64,000 bases of DNA from Nitrospirota bacterium. GTDB lineage: Bacteria; Nitrospirota; JACRHJ01. Below, piece after piece: positions 1 through 8,698 of the stretch. A program made the position numbers and the translations under genes. Numbering within the stretch: position 1 is the first letter of the stretch; every line of letters starts with the position of its first letter. The DNA is taken from NCBI GenBank assembly GCA_049801375.1, contig JBARKJ010000073.1, forward strand, positions 6,597 to 70,596. The letters are read 5' to 3'. The notes under the pieces are model-generated. The model was not told the DNA's origin. It ran no database searches and worked only from the letters and a program-made list of their open reading frames with translations.

Positions 1-832
1 ATTCTTGGAGGTCCTCGGTCCCGAGGAGCAAAAGTCGGAACAGATTTTTGAAGCCCTGAAGGCGCGGCTCGGGAAACTTAAAGACTTATCGAACCGTATT
101 ACCCCGGGAATCTCCCCGCATTCTGTCTATTCTGTTTCTCCTTTATTAATAAAGAGCATAGCCGATTATACTTTAGGTAACGGTTTACCTGTACAAGTGC
201 ATCTGTCTGAAACCGAACATGAAAAGCTATATATAAATGGAAAACCATCCGAGCTTGACGGGTATCTGGAACACTTCGGATGGAAAGGGATTAAGAAGGA
301 AAAATCCAGATCGCCTCTGGGATTCCTCAACCAAGCCGGGCTGGACAGCTTCACGGCCGTGCACGGTGTTCACCTTACCGGCCCTGATATGAAATTTATG
401 CGTAAAAATGGGATTTCGTGCGTATTCTGTCCCAGGAGTAACTATTTCCTGGGAGTCGGGAAGGCGCCTGTTGAAGAGATGGCGGAGGCTGGGATTAACC
501 TGGCCATCGGGACCGACAGTCTGGCCAGCAACATCAACCTCGACCTATGGGAAGAGATGCGGTTTGCCTACCTCGTAAGTCGTCTGACGGCAAGGAAGAT
601 GATCGAGATGGCTACGCTCAACGGTGCTAAAGCCCTCGGGCTGGAGCGGATAACCGGTTCCCTCGAACCAGGCAAGGAAGCCGACATTATAGCCATTAAT
701 ACTGACGCCGTAAACGAGAAAGACCCATACTACCCCCTGCTCATGGAGACTCAGAAAGAGGACGTCGCCGCGACCATAGTTCAGGGGAAACCAATTCATT
801 CCACGGATGGATATATCAGCTATGGATTTTAA
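1..832 (+). CDS. Amidohydrolase-superfamily deaminase (MtaD / aminofutalosine-deaminase-like). C-terminal ~275 aa only; the gene starts upstream of the window.
   Basis: ORF 5..832 has its frame open to the window edge. It carries the HLSETEHE (HxxE) and IGTDS motifs typical of cytosine-deaminase-like amidohydrolases. It overlaps the next gene by 26 nt and sits directly upstream of two futalosine-pathway radical SAM genes. Confidence 0.7.
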   Translation, partial: FLEVLGPEEQKSEQIFEALKARLGKLKDLSNRITPGISPHSVYSVSPLLIKSIADYTLGNGLPVQVHLSETEHEKLYINGKPSELDGYLEHFGWKGIKKEKSRSPLGFLNQAGLDSFTAVHGVHLTGPDMKFMRKNGISCVFCPRSNYFLGVGKAPVEEMAEAGINLAIGTDSLASNINLDLWEEMRFAYLVSRLTARKMIEMATLNGAKALGLERITGSLEPGKEADIIAINTDAVNEKDPYYPLLMETQKEDVAATIVQGKPIHSTDGYISYGF

Positions 833-1895
833 GGCGCTTAAAAACAAACTTTCCTCCGGCGGGAGGTTATCCGAGGCTGAAGCCGTGGAACTCCTGCGCA
901 CCGAGGACATCTTTTCGCTCGGAGAGCTGGCAAACAAGACGAGCGAAAAGAAGAATAAAAAGTTCGTCCACTTTATAAAGAACAGGCACATAAACCCTGG
1001 CAATATTTGCATTAACCGATGTAAATTCTGCGCGTTCAGCCGGAGCGTTGGCGAGAAGGGCGCCTACTTTTACACTATTCCCGAAATGGCGGAAATGGCA
1101 AGAAAAGTCCGGGCAAAGGTAAGCGAGTTCCATATAGTCGGCGGCTTAAACCCGGAAATGGGTCTGGATTTTTATAAAGAGCTGTTCCAGACATTAAAAC
1201 AAGAGGTGCCGGGCGTGGCAATAAAAGCGCTTACGGCGGTTGAAATCGATTACCTATCAAAGCTTTCCGGGATTAAAATTAATAAAATACTTGAAGAACT
1301 TAGAGAGGCCGGACTGGACTCAATGCCGGGTGGCGGAGCGGAGATATTCAGGCAAAAGGTACGCGGCCAGCTCTGCCCCGAGAAAATAGACGGCAGGCGC
1401 TGGCTGAGCATTATGGAGACGGCGCATAAAATCGGCATCAGGACTACCGCGACCATGCTCTTCGGCCACCTGGAATCCTTCGAGGACAGGGTAGACCACC
1501 TTCGGAGGCTTCGTAACCTCCAGGACAAAACAGGAGGATTCCTCGCCTTTATCCCCCTCCCCTTCCACCCGAAGAATACACGGATAGAGAAGACGCACCC
1601 CATAAGCGGCCTGGACATCCTCCGAACAATTGCAGTCTCAAGGCTTTACCTGGATAACTTCGATCACATCAAAGCATACTGGATAATGACGGGGGAAAAG
1701 CTCGCCCAAACCTGTCTGCTTTTCGGCGCGGACGATCTGGATGGCACGGTTATTGAGGAAAAGATAGCCCACGACGCGGGGGCTGAGAGTAAAGAAGTTA
1801 TGACCGTAGAGGATATTACCTATATTATTAAGAAAGCCGGCAAGGTGCCGGTCGAGCGAGATACTTTCTACCGCCGGTTAAAGGTTTGGGACTGA
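807..1895 (+). CDS. Radical SAM enzyme of the MqnC/MqnE family (cyclic dehypoxanthinyl-futalosine synthase or aminofutalosine synthase), menaquinone futalosine pathway.
   Basis: 362 aa. Cluster-defining CxxxCxxC motif (CINRCKFCAF) and C-terminal TIM-barrel-like region typical of MqnC/MqnE. Paralogous to the next ORF. Cannot tell MqnC from MqnE by eye. Confidence 0.75.
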   Translation: MDISAMDFKALKNKLSSGGRLSEAEAVELLRTEDIFSLGELANKTSEKKNKKFVHFIKNRHINPGNICINRCKFCAFSRSVGEKGAYFYTIPEMAEMARKVRAKVSEFHIVGGLNPEMGLDFYKELFQTLKQEVPGVAIKALTAVEIDYLSKLSGIKINKILEELREAGLDSMPGGGAEIFRQKVRGQLCPEKIDGRRWLSIMETAHKIGIRTTATMLFGHLESFEDRVDHLRRLRNLQDKTGGFLAFIPLPFHPKNTRIEKTHPISGLDILRTIAVSRLYLDNFDHIKAYWIMTGEKLAQTCLLFGADDLDGTVIEEKIAHDAGAESKEVMTVEDITYIIKKAGKVPVERDTFYRRLKVWD

Positions 1896-2953
1896 TGAAG
1901 GCACTTATTAAAAAAGCGGCGGGCGGAAAGCGCCTGACAAAGGAAGAGGGCATTTCAATTTTCCTTAACTCGGACCTCTTGTCTCTCGGTAGAGCCGCGG
2001 ATATGGTGAGGGAGCGTCTGCATCCGGAAAGCGTCGTCACCTTTATAGTGGACAGGAACATAAATTACACAAACATCTGTGTAAACCAGTGTAAGTTCTG
2101 CGCTTTTTATCGAACGGAGGAGGACAGTGAGGGCTATCTCCTGCCTGACGGCGATATTTTTCAAAAAGTGAAAGAGACCGTTGAGGTCGGCGGTACACAG
2201 ATACTTATCCAGGGAGGGCTCCACCCGAAACTAGACATCTCCTATTACCAACGGCTCTTCTCTGGAATAAAAGAAAGGTTTTCTGTTAATATTCACGGAC
2301 TTTCGCCAGCAGAGATAAAGCATATTGCGAAGAATTCAGCTCTAACCATCAGAGAAGCTTTGCTTCAGCTCCGGACGGCCGGGCTGGATTCTATTCCTGG
2401 GGGTGGCGCGGAGATACTGGTGGACAGCGTCCGGGGAGAGGTAAGCCCGAAGAAGATTACATATGAGGGCTGGCGGGAAGTGATGCTGACTGCCCAGGAA
2501 CTGGGTTTCCCCACTACCGCGACGATGATGTTCGGAGGAGTGGAACAGCCCGAGGACATCGTGGAGCACCTTGTCCGTGTGCGCGAGATGCAGGACGTGC
2601 ACAATGGCTTTACCGCCTTCATCCCCTGGACCTACCAGCCGGGCAACACTGAGCTTGGCGGAAAGACAGCGACGGGTATCGAATACCTCAGGGTCTTGGC
2701 TTTCTCCCGGCTTTTCCTGGACAATATCCCCAATGTGCAGGCATCCTGGGTCACCCAGGGGGCCGCAATGGCCCAGGTTGCCCTCAGGTTCGGAGCGAAT
2801 GATTTCGGGAGTACGATGCTGGAAGAGAATGTTGTAGCGGCTACTGGAATAAAAAACCGCTTAGATATGAGGGACATTGTATATCTTATTAGGAATGCAG
2901 GTTTTACTCCCGCACAGCGAAATACCAAGTATTCAATTTTAAAGACATTTTAA
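1895..2953 (+). CDS. Second MqnC/MqnE-family radical SAM enzyme (futalosine pathway).
   Basis: CVNQCKFCAF motif. Clear paralogy with the previous ORF (GGAEI, TTATMMFG, AFIP segments). ATG at 1895 overlaps the upstream TGA stop (TGATG), so the two are translationally coupled. The track start at 1886 is a TTG in the same frame. Confidence 0.75.
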   Translation: MKALIKKAAGGKRLTKEEGISIFLNSDLLSLGRAADMVRERLHPESVVTFIVDRNINYTNICVNQCKFCAFYRTEEDSEGYLLPDGDIFQKVKETVEVGGTQILIQGGLHPKLDISYYQRLFSGIKERFSVNIHGLSPAEIKHIAKNSALTIREALLQLRTAGLDSIPGGGAEILVDSVRGEVSPKKITYEGWREVMLTAQELGFPTTATMMFGGVEQPEDIVEHLVRVREMQDVHNGFTAFIPWTYQPGNTELGGKTATGIEYLRVLAFSRLFLDNIPNVQASWVTQGAAMAQVALRFGANDFGSTMLEENVVAATGIKNRLDMRDIVYLIRNAGFTPAQRNTKYSILKTF

Positions 2954-3051
2954 CCACAAATTTGAAATTTCCAGTCTTTTCCTTGAGTTAGCTTTCCAAT
3001 CCACAACTTCTGTGGAAAATCTGTTGAAAAGGCTGTTGAAAATAAGCCAAT

Positions 3052-3079
3052 CCCGCTCCCGGTAACAGCCGGGAGCGGG
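3052..3079. terminator. GC-rich hairpin (11-bp perfect stem cccgctcccgg/ccgggagcggg, 6-nt loop) in an AT-rich intergenic region. Likely an intrinsic terminator for the minus-strand lipoprotein gene, possibly bidirectional.
   Basis: Inverted repeat read directly from the sequence. TTATTTT follows it on the minus strand and an A6 run follows on the plus strand. Confidence 0.45.
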
Positions 3080-3196
3080 TGCTTAAAAAATAAGCATTAT
3101 TAGAAAATATAAGCACTTATTAATCTGATGAACTCTTATGACCGTTGTCATTGAAATGACGAAAGTCTCCAAAGTATTAAAAATTTTGTCAAAATT

Positions 3197-3877
3197 CTAA
3201 CGACTTGATATTTTTACCAGCAAATCCCGCAAGGACATATTATCTCGGACGCTCTTCTGCATAAGACTGGAAAGAGCATCATCGAGCTGCTTGATCATCT
3301 TATTTCGGTCCGCGGAGGCAAGCTTGTCATCCCAATCCGTCTTATAATCCGACCAGAGCACATCCCCAGTCTTTACATCCAGCACGTAGAACTGAACCCA
3401 GCCGGAGACATGAACGTCATTTCCTACAAGCGTCTTTTTCGAATCCGCCATGAATTCCGGGACTTTTGCCCCGAAAGCCACCTGTACGTCCGGGTATTTA
3501 TCTAACAGCTCCTTCCGAACCTCTGCGGCGCTTTCCTTGTCAAGGGGCGTATTCAACTGCGTCCTGACCATCTTAATGCCTAGCCTGCCAAGTTCCTGCT
3601 CCAGTGAATCCCGGAATACGTCTTCGACATCCTTGTCGTTAATCTCAGAGCTGATGTTCCCGCTGTAGTCGGTATGCCTGATCACCCGCTTCGGATATGG
3701 CTGCGTCCCCTCCCTCGCATCCACGACCGGCAGGAGCGTCCCTACTACGGGTTTAGGGATCATTGCAACCTGTCCCTGGCCTGCGTCGTAGGAAATGTTT
3801 GTCCTGGCGGTGGAACATCCGGCAAATATCATTGTCAATGAAATTAATATTATAAGTTGTTTTAGTTTAAGTTTCAT
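3197..3877 (-). CDS. Lipoprotein of unknown function.
   Basis: N-terminal signal peptide with lipobox IFAGC. No recognisable catalytic motifs. Local base composition is more AT-rich than the surroundings. Confidence 0.55.
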   Translation of the reverse strand: MKLKLKQLIILISLTMIFAGCSTARTNISYDAGQGQVAMIPKPVVGTLLPVVDAREGTQPYPKRVIRHTDYSGNISSEINDKDVEDVFRDSLEQELGRLGIKMVRTQLNTPLDKESAAEVRKELLDKYPDVQVAFGAKVPEFMADSKKTLVGNDVHVSGWVQFYVLDVKTGDVLWSDYKTDWDDKLASADRNKMIKQLDDALSSLMQKSVRDNMSLRDLLVKISSR

Positions 3878-3904
3878 ATCAGGTTTGTCTCCTTTTAAAT
3901 TTTT

Positions 3905-4927
3905 TCAGATGGATTTCAGTTCCTCGACAAGAATACTCGAAGCCGGGCTCACCCAAATAACCGCTTCTTCAGGACCTGAGGTGAAACTTACCGCGACGGA
4001 ATCGATGCCCTTGGCGTCCGAATACCTTGCGGTAATCCTAGCGGCCAGTTCGATATCGTCTTTAGTAGGTTTTCCCCTGAAAAGCGAAACCGGCCCGGGA
4101 TAATCTCTTGCCCTTATTATAACGTCTTCCTTGTCGGCGAGGGAGACGAGTTTATCGTTATCTCTCTCATTCCTGCCCACCCTCAGCGTCCCGGACGGGA
4201 ATTTAAAAAGCCTTCCCACGGACAGTATCTGGACGTCCCGCGCGTTGACCTCGCCCTCTTTCAAAAGGAGTTCCCGCACCCTTTTTGAGAGAATAGGGTC
4301 CGTTAAAATGCAACCTCCGGCGGGTGTAGCATAATCCTTTATCCCGAACTTTTCCGCAAGTTCCATCTGGGGCCTGCGGGAGCGGCCGGAAAAACCATAT
4401 AATTTTTCTCTGTCCACTAGGCCCTTCTGCTCAGGGATTGTCGGCTGTAGAAGCTTCGCGCAGAGCGGCCGCAGGAGATAGCCTTTAACTCCGGAATCCC
4501 GCTCCACTATGCTCATCGCGTCTCTTCTCTGAGACATCGGCCTCTGGCCCAGCACCTCGCCGGATATTAGAAAATCAGCGCCCTCCGCCAGCATTAGCGC
4601 CTTTGCCTTCCTCATCATAAATATCTTGCAGTCGAGACAGGGGTTGAAATTCTTGCCGTAGCCGTATACCGGCCTCCGGACCATCTCGATATATTCCTGT
4701 GAAACATCCAGAATGCGCACGTCGATTTCATATTTCTTTTTGAAATTTTCTGCAGACTGGGTTTCTCTGCCCTTGCTGTTGTACCCGAAAAACGGGGTAA
4801 TGAAATGGAGCGCTGTAACTTCCACGCCCTGTTCAATTACCGCCCTCGCCGCGAGCATACTGTCCAGGCCGCCCGAAAAAAGAGAAAAAGCCTTAGCCAT
4901 CAATCCTTCCCCTCGTTGAATTCTCAT
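3905..4927 (-). CDS. PP-loop ATPase resembling the ThiI adenylation domain but lacking a THUMP domain (putative tRNA sulfurtransferase).
   Basis: SGGLDS PP-loop. The NPCLDCKIFM...GADFLISGEVLGQRPMSQ segment resembles the ThiI C-terminal domain. Overlaps the downstream mtaB-like gene. Confidence 0.5.
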   Translation of the reverse strand: MRIQRGEGLMAKAFSLFSGGLDSMLAARAVIEQGVEVTALHFITPFFGYNSKGRETQSAENFKKKYEIDVRILDVSQEYIEMVRRPVYGYGKNFNPCLDCKIFMMRKAKALMLAEGADFLISGEVLGQRPMSQRRDAMSIVERDSGVKGYLLRPLCAKLLQPTIPEQKGLVDREKLYGFSGRSRRPQMELAEKFGIKDYATPAGGCILTDPILSKRVRELLLKEGEVNARDVQILSVGRLFKFPSGTLRVGRNERDNDKLVSLADKEDVIIRARDYPGPVSLFRGKPTKDDIELAARITARYSDAKGIDSVAVSFTSGPEEAVIWVSPASSILVEELKSI

Positions 4928-6152
4928 CAGTTCCCGTTATTTTAACCTTAACGGGCTTTCCGGAAGGTATATCTTTGCCATCGAAGGTAACTCGTACATA
5001 GTTGTCCGTCAGGCCGGAATAAGCCTCATTTTTTGCCTCAACGACGACTTCCGTTACCTTTCCGACAAGGGAACGCCTAAACTCCAGGTTCTTTTTATTT
5101 CCCAGTTCGCGGAGCCTTTCGCTCCTTTCCCGCTTTACGTCTCCCTTTACGGTATCCCCCATTTCATATGCCCTAGTGCGGCTCCTGGGGGAGTAGCTGA
5201 ATACGTGGAGATAATTTATGGGAGAATCCTCGACCCTTCTTAGCGTCTCTTCGAAGGCATCGGCGTCTTCATTGGGATAGCCGACAATCACGTCCGCCCC
5301 GATGCAGGCGCCGGGCGCGGCCTTTTCAATCCCTTTCAAGGTCTTTAAATAATCATTCCACGTATATCCCCTGCCCATGGAAGCCAGAACATTGTCGTTT
5401 GCATTTTGAAGCGGCACGTGAAGATGCCGGCAAAATTTTGTAAACCCAACAAGCTCAAGCAGAGGCCCGTCTATCTCCATCGGCTCTATGGAGCTAAGGC
5501 GCAGCCTTCCAAGCCCGGGCCTGTCCAGCAGTGCGGCTACCAGGTCTGAAAGCCTTAAACCCCCGATATCTTTTCCGTATGCCCCAAGGTGCACTCCGGT
5601 GAGCACGATCTCATGATATCCATTTGCTATCAACCCGTTTGCTTTCGCCAGAACGTCATCGAGCCTTGCGCTCCGGGAGCGGCCTCGCGCATACGGGACT
5701 ATGCAATACGAGCAAAAGGAGTCGCATCCTTCCTGCGCCTTCAGGAATGCCCGGGACCGGCCGCCGATGGCCTGCGCGCCGAAAATAATCGCTTTTTCCA
5801 TGGAAAAGCCGAATCTACCGCCAATAATATCCGGAATGCTCCCCTGATTTTCGTTCCCTATAACCGTGTCCACGCCGTCTATTTTTTTTATGGCCTCCGG
5901 CGCGGTCTGAGCGTAGCATCCGGTGACCAGCACCATTCCGCTGCCGTTTCCCTTCGCCTTTACCGCACGGCGTATCTCCTGACGGCACTGGTAGTCGCTC
6001 TTGCCGGTCACGGTGCAGGTGAAAATAACCTGTACGTCCGCATCCTCCGCCAATGCTACAGCCTCTCCGCCCCCGGCTGAAAGGGTTTCGCCGAGCGTAG
6101 CGGCGTCGAACTGGTTTATCTTGCAACCGAGTGATTTTATGTGGAATTTCAT
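4893..6152 (-). CDS. mtaB: MtaB-like tRNA methylthiotransferase (radical SAM MTTase with TRAM domain).
   Basis: N-terminal MTTase domain (KSLGCKINQFD), radical SAM CSYCIVPYARGRSRS, C-terminal TRAM. 419 aa, consistent with the MtaB/RimO subgroup. The paralogous neighbour is MiaB. Confidence 0.6.
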   Translation of the reverse strand: MKFHIKSLGCKINQFDAATLGETLSAGGGEAVALAEDADVQVIFTCTVTGKSDYQCRQEIRRAVKAKGNGSGMVLVTGCYAQTAPEAIKKIDGVDTVIGNENQGSIPDIIGGRFGFSMEKAIIFGAQAIGGRSRAFLKAQEGCDSFCSYCIVPYARGRSRSARLDDVLAKANGLIANGYHEIVLTGVHLGAYGKDIGGLRLSDLVAALLDRPGLGRLRLSSIEPMEIDGPLLELVGFTKFCRHLHVPLQNANDNVLASMGRGYTWNDYLKTLKGIEKAAPGACIGADVIVGYPNEDADAFEETLRRVEDSPINYLHVFSYSPRSRTRAYEMGDTVKGDVKRERSERLRELGNKKNLEFRRSLVGKVTEVVVEAKNEAYSGLTDNYVRVTFDGKDIPSGKPVKVKITGTDENSTRGRIDG

Positions 6153-6157
6153 AAATA

Positions 6158-7507
6158 TTAAATTAACGTGCCTATCAATGAATGCTTCTTCCCCTCGGTA
6201 ATTTTAACGCGCACGAGCTTTCCGACGAGCGACTGCGGCCCCCGGAAATTAACGATTTTTCCTTGCCTGCTCTTGCCGGAAAGCCTATCCGGTTCGCCGG
6301 ACTTATCCGGGCCTTCGACCAATACTTCCTCAATAAGCCCTACACGCGCATATATTTTTTCCTGCATTATACGGTTTTGTATCTCCAGAACTTTGTCCAG
6401 CCGCCGAATTTTGACGTCCTCCGGCAAATGGCCCGGCAGTTTCAGCGCGGCGGTATTCGGCCTTCTCGAATATTTAAAGGCAAATATGCTGTCATAGCGA
6501 ACATCCTCCAGTGCCTGTACCGTCGCCTGAAAGTCATCTTCCGTCTCTCCGGGGAACCCGACGATGACGTCGGTTGACACGGCTAAATCGGGCACGGCAT
6601 TCTTAAGCCTGTTCAGCTTATCCATATAACCGGCAAAATCATATTTCCGGTTCATCCGTGCGAGCACGCTGTCGGACGCGGACTGGAGCGGCAGATGTAT
6701 CGCGTTGCAGACTTTCGAAAGCTTTGCCATTGCGCCTATAAGAGAGTCCGAGAGGTCCTTAGGATGCGAGGTGACGAACCTTATCCTCTCAAGGCCTTCG
6801 ATGGAATTTATCATTTTAAGGAGAGCGGGAAAATCGCAGTTATGAGCGGGCCGCACGGGGGCGTTATGTTCAATACTGTCTAATTTTTTTCCGTACGAAT
6901 TAACATTCTGGCCGAGTAATGTAACTTCCCTGCATCCGGATTGCACCAGAGCTTTTATTTCCAGGATAATGTCCTCCGGCCTCCTGCTCTTCTCGCGGCC
7001 CCGAACGAACGGGACGACGCAATAACTGCAGAAGTTGTCGCAGCCGTACATTATATTGACGAAAGCCGTTACGGCGCTTTCCCGCTCGGCGGGGATAATA
7101 ACATGCTCGTAGCCGTCTGTGAATTCGGTGCTGGCAGGCGGCCTGCCGGAGGCCTCATCGATCAGCGCCGGGAGCTTTTCGATGTTCTGGTTCCCTAGCA
7201 GGACATCGACGAAGGGCGCGCGTTTCAGGATGGATTTTCCCTCCTGCTGGGCAATGCAGCCGGATACGGCTATCTTCAGGGAAGGATTCTTTTCTTTAAG
7301 CTTCCGGAGCTTCCCAACTTCGCTGTAGAATTTCTGCTCCGCTTTTTCACGGATGCTGCATGTATTTAAAAGGATCAGGCTGGCGTCCTCTAACCCCTCC
7401 GACTCATGGTAGCCTTCAGCCTTCAGGAGACCGGCCATCTTCTCGGAGTCGTGCTCGTTCATCTGGCAGCCGAAGGTGAGGATTTTAAAACTTCTCATCC
7501 CGCCCAC
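6158..7507 (-). CDS. miaB: tRNA-i6A37 methylthiotransferase MiaB.
   Basis: 449 aa. FGCQMNEHDSE N-terminal domain, CSYCVVPFVRGREKS radical SAM motif, TRAM domain. Confidence 0.8.
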   Translation of the reverse strand: MGGMRSFKILTFGCQMNEHDSEKMAGLLKAEGYHESEGLEDASLILLNTCSIREKAEQKFYSEVGKLRKLKEKNPSLKIAVSGCIAQQEGKSILKRAPFVDVLLGNQNIEKLPALIDEASGRPPASTEFTDGYEHVIIPAERESAVTAFVNIMYGCDNFCSYCVVPFVRGREKSRRPEDIILEIKALVQSGCREVTLLGQNVNSYGKKLDSIEHNAPVRPAHNCDFPALLKMINSIEGLERIRFVTSHPKDLSDSLIGAMAKLSKVCNAIHLPLQSASDSVLARMNRKYDFAGYMDKLNRLKNAVPDLAVSTDVIVGFPGETEDDFQATVQALEDVRYDSIFAFKYSRRPNTAALKLPGHLPEDVKIRRLDKVLEIQNRIMQEKIYARVGLIEEVLVEGPDKSGEPDRLSGKSRQGKIVNFRGPQSLVGKLVRVKITEGKKHSLIGTLI

Positions 7508-7872
7508 TAACCTAAAAGGTCTTTCGTCCTGTCCAGTAGGTCCTGGGGCGAGAACGGCTTGGTTATATATTCGTCCACCCCTACCTCCAGGCCCTTTATC
7601 TTATCCGACTCCTGTCCTTTAGCCGTCAGCATGATTATGATTATATCCTTAGTCTCCGGGTCGTTTTTGAGCTGAGAGCATACCTCGTAGCCGTTCATGC
7701 CGGGCATCATGATGTCCAGGAATATCAGGGCCGGTTTCTCCTCGCGCGCGAGCTTAAGCGCCTCAATCCCATTGAGCGCGGTAAGCACGTCATATCCGGC
7801 GGACTCCAGCTTATATTTGACTATCCTCAGGATATGCATCTCGTCATCGACTACAAGGATTTTCTTGGACAT
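7507..7872 (-). CDS. Single-domain CheY-like response regulator receiver.
   Basis: 121 aa with the DD...D...K receiver signature (VVDDE, FLDIMMPGMNG, TAKG). Confidence 0.8.
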   Translation of the reverse strand: MSKKILVVDDEMHILRIVKYKLESAGYDVLTALNGIEALKLAREEKPALIFLDIMMPGMNGYEVCSQLKNDPETKDIIIIMLTAKGQESDKIKGLEVGVDEYITKPFSPQDLLDRTKDLLG

Positions 7873-7897
7873 CGCTCTCTCCCGGAAATAATATTGG

Positions 7898-8698
7898 CTA
7901 TCCCTTCCTTACAAAAACCTTGTCGCCTCTTTTGAACCCGTAACTCTTCCTGGCGTCGCCCTGACAGATGAATATCTCTAAAAAGCCGCCGCCGTTGATT
8001 ACGGCGCCCGGCTCCCCTTTTTTAATCGCCGAATAAAAAGGCGAAACCGTATTTAACTTCAACTGGCCGGTCTCGATACAGTATTCCCCGCCCTCCGCAC
8101 TGAACGACTCGATGTCCGTGGACTGTATATTGGTAATAGCGTTGCCGAACTTATCTATATAGACGATCTCACCGGCTACTTCGTTACCTTCTTTTCGTGA
8201 GCCAGGGATGTTGAAACGTACGTAATCCGTTATCTCTTCACCGAAATTGTTCGCTTCGATTCCCTTGGACAGCCATGCCGCCGCGGGCGCGAAAACGTCC
8301 CTCGCGTTAAAGGTGCTGCCCTGCCCCTCGCGGAAGTAGTGGTCCGCGGTCAAGTGTATCACTTTTGAGAAACCGGGGTCTGCATATATGAAAGAAAGCA
8401 CGCCGTTGTCCGGAGCGATAAAATAATGCTTATCCGTTACCGCAAGCACCGGCCTCCGCTGGCTCCCCACGCCCGGGTCCACCACTACCACGTGTATCGT
8501 ATATTGCGGAAAATATTCATAAGCCGCTCCCAGTAAATAGGCCGCCCCCCAGATATCATGCGAAGCTACCTCATGCGAGATGTCGATGATACGCGCATCG
8601 GGGTTTATACCAAGTATAACCCCTTTCATCGCCCCTGAGAAGTAATCTCTCGTACCGAAATCAGTCGTAAGCGTTATGATGTTTTTTTTAAGGTCCAA
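7898..8698 (-). CDS. S-adenosyl-L-methionine hydroxide adenosyltransferase (DUF62 family).
   Basis: The TLTTDFGTRDYFSGAMKGVI motif is diagnostic of DUF62. The likely start is TTG at 8698, preceded by GAGG. The track ORF start at 8770 would overlap the upstream gene by 83 nt. Confidence 0.75.
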   Translation of the reverse strand: MDLKKNIITLTTDFGTRDYFSGAMKGVILGINPDARIIDISHEVASHDIWGAAYLLGAAYEYFPQYTIHVVVVDPGVGSQRRPVLAVTDKHYFIAPDNGVLSFIYADPGFSKVIHLTADHYFREGQGSTFNARDVFAPAAAWLSKGIEANNFGEEITDYVRFNIPGSRKEGNEVAGEIVYIDKFGNAITNIQSTDIESFSAEGGEYCIETGQLKLNTVSPFYSAIKKGEPGAVINGGGFLEIFICQGDARKSYGFKRGDKVFVRKG

